Below, in pieces: positions 56,968-64,000 of a stretch of DNA of 64,000 nucleotides. Both the position numbers and the translations under genes were made by a program. Location: positions 309,123-373,122 of the forward strand of contig JBMNKF010000002.1 of the NCBI GenBank assembly GCA_050952065.1. Reading direction: 5' to 3'. Below the pieces are notes generated by a model. It was not told the DNA's origin. It did not search any database and worked only from the letters and a program-made list of their open reading frames with translations. The first letter of the stretch is position 1, and every line of letters begins with the position of its first letter. This DNA is from Bacillota bacterium. GTDB taxonomy: Bacteria; Bacillota; Sulfobacillia; Fermentithermobacillales; Fermentithermobacillaceae.

Positions 56968-57864
56968 ATGGCCAGAAGGCCAGTTACGGGTACGTCGTCG
57001 AATCAAGGTTTGATATGGGTCCTTATAGGTTGCGTGATTCTGGTGGGTGTCATCGGCGTTACCTATCTCCGCCCTCTTCGTGGCGGGGTTGCCGTTGTCA
57101 ATGGCCGACTCATCACTAAGGAAATGCTGTACGACGAGATGCACAAAAGGATCGGTAATGAATCACTGAGTAACCTCATCGATTCCACTCTAATAATGCA
57201 AGAAGCCGCTCTGAAGAACCTCAAACTCACTGACAGCGAGTTGAAGGCTCAGGTAGACCGGTTGATCGAAGAGCAGTATGGGTCAGAGGAGAACTTCGAG
57301 AGCATTCTGTCAGCTTACGGGTTGACCCGCAAGGAAGCAGAAGAAGAGTGGAGGGTCTACTTCAGCGCCAGAAAGGTCATACTTGCCGAGCTAAACATTC
57401 AAGACGACGAAGTTGAGGCCTATTTTGAGGAGAACAAGGACGACTTTGGCCAACAGGAGTCAATATCGGTGAGGCTCATGACTCTTGCCACTTCTGACGA
57501 GGCCAATGCCGTTCTGGCCGAACTCAAGGCCGGGGGTGACTTCGCCTCCATCGCTAAAGAGAAGTCAATCGATACCGCTACGAGTGATATGGGCGGCGAT
57601 ATGGGATGGGTGGTCAAAGGAGATCTTCCTGAGGAATTGGAGTCCATAGCGTTTGCAATGGAAAAGGATGACCTTAGCGAACCGATTGAGACGGAAGACG
57701 GATGGGTCATCATTCAGGTAACCGATAGGAAGGAAGATAAGCCCGCTGTTTTCGAGGAGGTTAAGGATCAAGTCAGGCTACGATACGAAGACCTCAAAGT
57801 GGAGGAACGTTTGCCTGCGTGGCTGTCGGAACTTAGAGCGAAAGCCAAGATAGAATATAAGTAG
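56968..57864 (+). CDS. Membrane-anchored PpiC-type peptidyl-prolyl isomerase (PrsA/SurA-like)
   Basis: N-terminal TM, SurA-like N-domain, and a parvulin domain (FASIAKEKSID..GGDMGWVVKGDLPEELESIAFAM). Confidence 0.85.
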   Translation: MARRPVTGTSSNQGLIWVLIGCVILVGVIGVTYLRPLRGGVAVVNGRLITKEMLYDEMHKRIGNESLSNLIDSTLIMQEAALKNLKLTDSELKAQVDRLIEEQYGSEENFESILSAYGLTRKEAEEEWRVYFSARKVILAELNIQDDEVEAYFEENKDDFGQQESISVRLMTLATSDEANAVLAELKAGGDFASIAKEKSIDTATSDMGGDMGWVVKGDLPEELESIAFAMEKDDLSEPIETEDGWVIIQVTDRKEDKPAVFEEVKDQVRLRYEDLKVEERLPAWLSELRAKAKIEYK

Positions 57865-58076
57865 AACACAAGCAGAGCATAAGCAGAGCGCACGTAGGGT
57901 AGAGATAGAGACTCTGAACACAAACTTGACGACGCAGGATAGAGAGAGAACCTGAGTAGAGATCTGAATAGCACCAGTAGCAAGAATAGAGACTCTGAAA
58001 GAGCCAACTTCGGCCACTCCTGATCGGGGCGGCCCTCATCTTTCCATCACCCCCTCATCGTCCCGGCGGCAACCGA

Positions 58077-58108
58077 AAATCCAGTTTCTTACGCAAGAAA
58101 CTGGATTT
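58077..58108. repeat. Perfect 14-bp inverted repeat (4-nt loop) upstream of the SLH gene
   Basis: AAATCCAGTTTCTT ACGC AAGAAACTGGATTT. There is no U-tract beyond the TTT that forms part of the stem. Confidence 0.7.
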
Positions 58109-58195
58109 GAGGATACTCATGTGGCAGGTAAAAACTAGGCGTCATAACCAACTATTACGTTATATACTATTTCTTGATAAAGGGGGAGGCAGCAA

Positions 58196-61100
58196 ATGGC
58201 AACCCGAGTAGTCCGAACTATGTGGGTACTGTGTCTTTGTGTATGCATGCTTTTTTCCTTGACTGGAGTCGTCCGGGCGGCAGGCACGAGGGATATCGAC
58301 GGCCATTGGGCGGAAGAGACGATTGGCAATTGGGTGAAGCGAGACCTGATCAAGGGGTATCCGGGTGGCGATATCAAGCCGGATAACCCAATGACAAGGG
58401 CAGAGTATTTTTCGCTGTTGAACAGAAGCTTTGGGTTCAACAAGACAAAGGAACACGAGTTTTCCGATGTCACCCCGGACGACTGGTTTGCAGAGGAGAT
58501 AAGAAAAGCGAGTTACCAAGGCTATCTGCAAGGGTTTGCAGAAGACGTATTGAGTCCAAAACGTCATGTTACTCGAGAAGAGGTTGTGGCCATCCTAGGC
58601 AACATCCTGAAATGGAACGTCGAACTTGACGCGGAAGAGGGCTTCTCTGATGCTGACGAGTCTGCCTCTTGGGCGAGAGGGCACATCAATGTCGCTAAGC
58701 GCTTAGGTTACATAAAGGGGTATCCCGACAATACGTTCGGACCGGGAAGGACCGCCTCAAGAGCCGAGGTTATTGCTATCTTGGATAGGACCGTAGGCGA
58801 GGTCTTTCGCACCGTAGGCGTGTATGGATCTGAAGAGATTCCCGGGCACATCGAAGGCAATGCCACAGTAACAGCAGCAGACATTACTCTCAGAAACCTT
58901 GTCATTGACGGGCATCTCTATCTTACCGAGGGTATCGGAGACGGTTCTGTCACCCTAGATGGAGTCACTGTCCGAGGTACCACGACCATCAGTGGGGGCG
59001 AAGGTGGAATCATCATAAAGCATTCGTACCTGGGCGATGTCATTGTACACAATCCTCACGGTGAAGCCATTAACTTGACAACAGAGGGCGCCTCCAGCGT
59101 CGGTCCTGTGGAGATCCGATCCAAGGCCAATCTTAAGGAAAGTCCATCGAACGGAGTAAGCGGAGGTGGCTTCCAAAGCGTACTCTTGAACGGACCGGAG
59201 GGTCTGGAAGTAGCGCTCTCGGGAGATGTCGATAAGGTCGAGATCGCTTCATCTTCAGCCAAGGTTTCTCTTTGTCAGGCGAAGGTTGGAGAACTCATAA
59301 TTGACGGCGTCGACACCGTCGTATCGGCTGAAAACACCGTCGCTATCGAGAATCTAGTGATCAATCGGCCGGCGAAAGTGACTGGAATATGCGCGGTTCG
59401 GAACGTAAGGATAACCTCCGACAGTGTCATCATCGAGACAATGGTGACGGGGAGGATCGACGTTTTGGACGGCCTCACAGGGATAATGATCGGAGGCCGG
59501 CCATATCCTCCTCCACCGCCAGTGGTAGTCTATGACCCTGTGACCATTGTGTCTGTGGCCTCGATCCCCGATATCACTAAGCCCTTTGGGACGGCAAAGG
59601 ATGACCTCGGTCTGCCCAACACGGTTTCTATCACGCTGAGTAACGGTGGTACCAGAGAAGTCGCTGTGAATCATTGGGATGATGGCGAGCCCATCTTTAC
59701 CGGTGACGCGGGTACCTACGTTTTTTCGGGTGATCTGGCCGTGCCTCCCGGCGTGACGAATCCAAGCGGCATAAAGGCGCAGGTAAAGGTAGTAATTGAG
59801 GAAGAAACCCAACCGATCGACTTTATCCAGAACATCGATCCGAACCCTAGTACATGGCTAAGAACTTCACCGGGTGAGACCATATACGAGTTTGACGGTC
59901 TCGATGAGATGCAGCCATCTGCCAGTGCGGTCTGTGCTCTCGACGAACGCAACGTGATGTCGGGCTCTGCGTCAATAACCCTGTCTCCTTCTGCGCCCAT
60001 TGTTCTTCCAGAGCCCACAGACCCGAACTTGCCCCAGATAGAGTTCTTCTCCGTAAAAACCGCCGGATCTTTGGGCGACAAGTTGAAGAATCTGGAGGTC
60101 ATGGAGTTCAACATATACAAGCCCGAGGTGCGAGACAGACTCTATGACTACATGCTGGTCAACTTCTACACTGATGACAGCTACAACTACTTCTTCCAAA
60201 CTGCTATAGGGAACTGGGAACTCTCCTCGGGATGGAATACAATCCGCAGAACCAAGGCTGATTTCGAGTTCATAGACAGCCTAGCTGGAAGCTCTACAGA
60301 AGGTTCCGCGGTGATGATGGGTGCCCAAAAATCGATGGATCACAGGGCAATACTGCGAAGCCAAGTGGACCAGCTTAATAGATTCTTGAGAGACGAACGG
60401 GCAAGTGAATCCAGGTTGGATGCTATGGGCACAGTGACTCCATCTTGGGACAACATCACCTGCATGGAGTTCTTCGCTTCGTCGAAAGTTGGCACTTCCC
60501 TCAGCATCAACCTAGACAGGCTTTCTCTGAACCCAACCGGGAGAGCCGTAGTGTTGTTTACCTTCGATGACGCCTGGAAAGATGTCTTGGAGAACGGCAA
60601 GCCCATCCTGGATGCAAAGGGTTTCAAGGCCACTACTTGGGCCAACAAAGCGTCCTCTACTGATCCATATCCCTCCCCTGACCCGAGAGAAGCCTTCTTG
60701 AATGAGGAGGAGTTGAACCAACTCTATGCTGCGGGTTGGGATATCGGCAATCACTCAGTAAACCACATAGACGATATCAGCGGCCTCACAGATGAACAAC
60801 TCCTGCAAGAGTATCTGGAAAACCAAGAATGGCTTCTGGTGGAGAACGGCTGGGAGAGAGGCGCTTACCACGTATGCTATCCTTCAGGGCAGTACAGTGA
60901 GCGCCTCATAGAGATATTGAGAGAGATTGGCGTGTTGACCGGGAGAACCACCGAATACGGCATTCAACCGACACCTGTGCCAAATATCTACAAGTTGAAA
61001 ACCGTCTTCATCAGCAGGAATGACCCTGACGGCGATGATCATCTAAACAACTATGTCATTCCGGAGATCCACAGAGCCGTCCAAACTGGGTCTTCGTTGT

Positions 61101-61285
61101 TCTTCATGTTGCACAGGGTAGCCGACGATCCCACCGACGATTGGATGGGAGAACTGGCGGTGTCCCCGGCGGATCTGCAGACGGTGGTTGATATCGTTGA
61201 TGCGTATGTCCAGGCGGGACAACTGCAAGTCATGACCATAAGCCAGTGGTATGCTGCTTATATGAGGCCGGCAGACCAGCCTTAA
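58196..61285 (+). CDS. Large S-layer-homology (3x SLH) cell-surface protein with a C-terminal CE4 polysaccharide-deacetylase domain
   Basis: Signal peptide, three SLH repeats (DIDGHWAEETIGNWV.., FSDVTPDDWFAEEI.., FSDADESASWARGHIN..), a long beta-rich middle, and a C-terminus with VVLFTFDDAWKD and WDIGNHSVNH (NodB motifs). Confidence 0.85.
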   Translation: MATRVVRTMWVLCLCVCMLFSLTGVVRAAGTRDIDGHWAEETIGNWVKRDLIKGYPGGDIKPDNPMTRAEYFSLLNRSFGFNKTKEHEFSDVTPDDWFAEEIRKASYQGYLQGFAEDVLSPKRHVTREEVVAILGNILKWNVELDAEEGFSDADESASWARGHINVAKRLGYIKGYPDNTFGPGRTASRAEVIAILDRTVGEVFRTVGVYGSEEIPGHIEGNATVTAADITLRNLVIDGHLYLTEGIGDGSVTLDGVTVRGTTTISGGEGGIIIKHSYLGDVIVHNPHGEAINLTTEGASSVGPVEIRSKANLKESPSNGVSGGGFQSVLLNGPEGLEVALSGDVDKVEIASSSAKVSLCQAKVGELIIDGVDTVVSAENTVAIENLVINRPAKVTGICAVRNVRITSDSVIIETMVTGRIDVLDGLTGIMIGGRPYPPPPPVVVYDPVTIVSVASIPDITKPFGTAKDDLGLPNTVSITLSNGGTREVAVNHWDDGEPIFTGDAGTYVFSGDLAVPPGVTNPSGIKAQVKVVIEEETQPIDFIQNIDPNPSTWLRTSPGETIYEFDGLDEMQPSASAVCALDERNVMSGSASITLSPSAPIVLPEPTDPNLPQIEFFSVKTAGSLGDKLKNLEVMEFNIYKPEVRDRLYDYMLVNFYTDDSYNYFFQTAIGNWELSSGWNTIRRTKADFEFIDSLAGSSTEGSAVMMGAQKSMDHRAILRSQVDQLNRFLRDERASESRLDAMGTVTPSWDNITCMEFFASSKVGTSLSINLDRLSLNPTGRAVVLFTFDDAWKDVLENGKPILDAKGFKATTWANKASSTDPYPSPDPREAFLNEEELNQLYAAGWDIGNHSVNHIDDISGLTDEQLLQEYLENQEWLLVENGWERGAYHVCYPSGQYSERLIEILREIGVLTGRTTEYGIQPTPVPNIYKLKTVFISRNDPDGDDHLNNYVIPEIHRAVQTGSSLFFMLHRVADDPTDDWMGELAVSPADLQTVVDIVDAYVQAGQLQVMTISQWYAAYMRPADQP

Positions 61286-61519
61286 GGTTAGTCTGTGGAC
61301 TGGCGCAGACTGGTTGCAGAGTAGCCTGCAGATTGGCCTGCAGCAGACTGGCCCTCTGGCCAGCCTGCAGACTAACCGACGCCGTAAAGGCTATCAGAGG
61401 ATCCACCCAGGCAAGAACCGAGCCGAGAACGCGTTCTTTATTGTTGGGTCCATCGTCGACACTATCCTCAGGGAATTTGCCGGGTTATTGGGAACGGGAA
61501 GCTGTCGTCTGCCACCGGT

Positions 61520-61628
61520 GATGCTGCGATTCGCTTCATTGGATCGTCATGGTGAGGCGAAAGCTGCCATTGTACTCGGTTGATGGCGCGATTCGCTTCA
61601 TCGGAACGTGATGATGAGGCGAAACTTG
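61520..61628 (+). repeat. Two ~47-nt direct repeats, each able to form a hairpin, between convergent genes
   Basis: GATGCTGCGATTCGCTTCATTGGATCGTCATGGTGAGGCGAAAGCTG (61520-61566) vs GATGGCGCGATTCGCTTCATCGGAACGTGATGATGAGGCGAAACTTG (61582-61628). The TTCGCTTCAT./.ATGAGGCGAA stem pairs fully only with a G-U pair on the + strand. Confidence 0.6.
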
Positions 61629-61637
61629 TCACCGGCC

Positions 61638-63074
61638 CTATGTGACCTTGGGGTTTACACTGCCCAGTGTTATCTGGACTCGATCCAACTTGTACCGGCC
61701 GTCGGGCCGCTTCCCTTCGATCGCAAGGTCTACGCCGGGCTCACCGGTGTTCGGATCGAGTATGGCAACGCAAAGGTGGTATTCACCCTCAGTCAAGTCC
61801 GCCGGGATAGGTACGGAACACAACACCCTATGCTCTCCCGGCAGCCAGGTTCGAATATCGTCGGGAAGAGTGGTCTTGCACACGATTCTCCCATTTTCGT
61901 TGGCTAAGGAGAGTTCAACTTGCCACGGGAAATAAAAAGGAGCGACACCCTTATTGAGCCAGACCATCTGTGTCCGAAGAGTTCCCCCAGGCTTCGCTCT
62001 CGGTGCATGTTTCACGGAGTGAACAACAAATCGATATCCCATGGTGTTCAGAGCCTCATCGAAGTACTGCTGATTTTCGTCCGTCGGCAGATGGTAAGCC
62101 GGGCAAGACGGTCCCAGCCACGTGATGTGGCAGTCTTTGATCTGGTTCAGAGTGTCGTCGATGCGGTCCTTCTCTAGACAAATGATACCCGGCGGATTGG
62201 CTATTTCGCCGCCTGTCGGGGCGTACTTCCAGTAGTCCCTCATCGAAGGTTGGAAGACGTTCGCCAAGTAGTCGTAGTAGCCGTCGTTTATGCTGGCAAG
62301 AAACTGGTTTGTCTGCTCGGGATCGCCAAGAGAATCGTTGTAAAGGCCCATGCCCACATTCTTGGCGATCTCGAAAGGCCTTCGCATCAGAAGGTATTTG
62401 TCCGTGAAGAATTCCAGGTAGTGCTGTACATATTGGTCGCTGATCTCCAGCGGGGGAAAGGGGATCGGCGAGGACGAGTCTTGTTTGGTGTGCCACTCTC
62501 CCCAGTGACCTAGGCTGCCCAGGGCCACCATGGCGATTAGATCATCGTGATTGTAGCGAGCAGCTAGGGCGGCAACAAGGCTTCTGTGGCGAGCTATGAG
62601 ATTGGGATTGCTATAGTTGGGGCCAAAACCCTTACCGTAGTCCAAGTCGTACCAGACCCCATCGCCGCCTATCTCGTCATACAACCAATCCGGTATGCAC
62701 TTGGCGCCATCTTTATTGGGGGTGTCCATGTTCAGCCTGAAAATCACGTTTACGCTTTGCTCTCTCCAATAGTCGAACTGGTATTTCTCCTCCAGATTGG
62801 TGAAGGAATAGTCGCCTTTGGTGGGTTCCAGTTCGCTCCAGGTAGCATTCACGTAAACGAGTCTATGTGGAACTCTGTAGGGCCCTCCTTCCGCACTGGG
62901 TGCCCAACCCATATAAGGGTTGTTCAACGTATCTGTGATTTCGGCTGGATAGAAGGCTGAACCCAATATTCCTTGTGACAAGTGGAGAGTTATTAAGGGG
63001 ACGATGATAAAAAAACTAACCCGGCTATTATCTTCTTTGCGTGCTTGTACAGCATGATGGACGACCCCCAGCAT
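61638..63074 (-). CDS. Putative secreted TIM-barrel glycoside hydrolase (DUF4874/DUF4832-like)
   Basis: 478 aa with an N-terminal hydrophobic anchor. NPYMGWAP near the N-terminus, GSLGHWGEWH and other Trp/Tyr-rich motifs reminiscent of GH42-like DUF4832 proteins. Family assignment is from memory only. Confidence 0.4.
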   Translation of the reverse strand: MLGVVHHAVQARKEDNSRVSFFIIVPLITLHLSQGILGSAFYPAEITDTLNNPYMGWAPSAEGGPYRVPHRLVYVNATWSELEPTKGDYSFTNLEEKYQFDYWREQSVNVIFRLNMDTPNKDGAKCIPDWLYDEIGGDGVWYDLDYGKGFGPNYSNPNLIARHRSLVAALAARYNHDDLIAMVALGSLGHWGEWHTKQDSSSPIPFPPLEISDQYVQHYLEFFTDKYLLMRRPFEIAKNVGMGLYNDSLGDPEQTNQFLASINDGYYDYLANVFQPSMRDYWKYAPTGGEIANPPGIICLEKDRIDDTLNQIKDCHITWLGPSCPAYHLPTDENQQYFDEALNTMGYRFVVHSVKHAPRAKPGGTLRTQMVWLNKGVAPFYFPWQVELSLANENGRIVCKTTLPDDIRTWLPGEHRVLCSVPIPADLTEGEYHLCVAILDPNTGEPGVDLAIEGKRPDGRYKLDRVQITLGSVNPKVT

Positions 63075-63432
63075 GCTCAGCTTAGATATCAGTATATCCG
63101 TATTCTGACAGGCATAGAACAGTCGGTAGACTGATTGTCAAGACTCTGCATCTGTGACAACACCGCCACCTCGACGCCAGGATGTGCTACATTACTGCGC
63201 CGCATTGCTGTACCACATTGCTGTACTGCTGCTTTGCTGTGCTAGATAGTTGTGCCAACATCGTTCCGCCACGTTCGCCGGCCCGAGACGGGCACTCCCT
63301 TCCAGGTTCCCAAAAGAGTCTTGTTTCTTGGCTAATTTTGGTCAACCTGTGAGCATATTATTCTTAGAAGAAGCCCAGGCTTGTCTAGGTGACGCAAAAA
63401 GAGGACATGCAATGTAACGCCGGGGTGGTAGC

Positions 63433-64000
63433 ATGCACGTCTTGGTAACGGGGGGCTACGGTTTTATTGGGTCCCATGTGGCTGAAGTGTTCTTCAGAAA
63501 AGGCCACCGGGTAACCATAATCGATAATCTCTCGACGGGCAGCAAGACAAACGTAGGATTCAAGCATACGTTCTTTCAGATTGATGTTGAGGACCCCCGA
63601 TGCGAAGAAGTATTTAGAATCGGAAGATTTGACGCAGTTATTCACCTTGCCGCTCAGATCAGCGTAACTCGTTCCGTTGAGGACCCATGTTCGGATTCAA
63701 GAACAAACATCCTAGGTTTAGTCAACATGCTCCGTCTGTCCCACAAATACAACGCGAAACGGTTTGTTTTCGCCTCTTCGGCCGCCGTATACGGTAACAG
63801 CGGGGAACTCCCCTTGACAGAGGACGCCGAGCCCGATATCCAATCCCCCTATGGGATGAGCAAACTTGTAGGCGAAGCGTATTGCCAGAAGTGGAACGAG
63901 CTCTACGGACTGAATACGGTGGTCCTGCGTCTGTCCAACGTTTTCGGCCCCAGGCAAAGGGTATCAGGGGAGGGCGGAGTAGTCTCGGCTTTCATAGAAA
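63433..64000 (+). CDS. NAD-dependent sugar-nucleotide epimerase/dehydratase (GalE-like), 3' end outside the window
   Basis: Translated by hand: MHVLVTGGYGFIGSHVAEVFFRKGHRVTIIDNLSTG...FASSAAVYG...SPYGMSK (GxxGxxG and YxxxK). Not in the ORF track because it runs off the window. Confidence 0.85.
   Translation, partial: MHVLVTGGYGFIGSHVAEVFFRKGHRVTIIDNLSTGSKTNVGFKHTFFQIDVEDPRCEEVFRIGRFDAVIHLAAQISVTRSVEDPCSDSRTNILGLVNMLRLSHKYNAKRFVFASSAAVYGNSGELPLTEDAEPDIQSPYGMSKLVGEAYCQKWNELYGLNTVVLRLSNVFGPRQRVSGEGGVVSAFIE

Overview
This is a 64-kb chromosomal segment, mid-50s % GC by eye, from a Clostridia-like spore-forming Firmicute. The evidence for that placement is the gene order M23 peptidase, spoIVFB, radical-SAM pair, RNase G, rplU, prp, rpmA, obg, nadD, rsfS, together with SLH-domain envelope proteins. 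From left to right the window holds: (1) an amino-acid and peptide catabolism region: GlmL-like fragment, ornithine/alanine-racemase-like gene, AmmeMemoRadiSam pair, COG2403 P-loop protein, class IV aminotransferase, ferredoxin, M19 dipeptidase, M20 amidohydrolase; (2) envelope genes: GT2 synthase, GH18, DUF4015, ATP-grasp plus CE4 deacetylase; (3) guaB; (4) two arrays of a 31-nt tandem repeat bracketing one membrane-protein gene; (5) a tightly packed 8-gene operon (24.8-35.5 kb) in which every component occurs twice: MacB/FtsX-type ABC ATPase, FtsX-type permease, GlmL/MutL-like actin-fold ATPase, and an uncharacterised cytoplasmic barrel-sandwich/KOW-like protein; (6) hpt plus a purE-F-M-N-H-D operon in which purF, purN and purH carry seven frameshifts while their neighbours are intact; (7) the ribosomal/obg/nadD/rsfS housekeeping block; (8) an SLH-anchored deacetylase, a glycosidase-like gene and an epimerase. 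One tRNA-Arg(CCG) is present. I saw no rRNA, CRISPR array, transposase, integrase or obvious transcription factor. The best candidate for an undescribed system is the duplicated ABC/GlmL-like/barrel-protein operon, possibly together with the 31-nt repeat arrays directly upstream. All functional calls come from motif recognition by eye; no database search was run.
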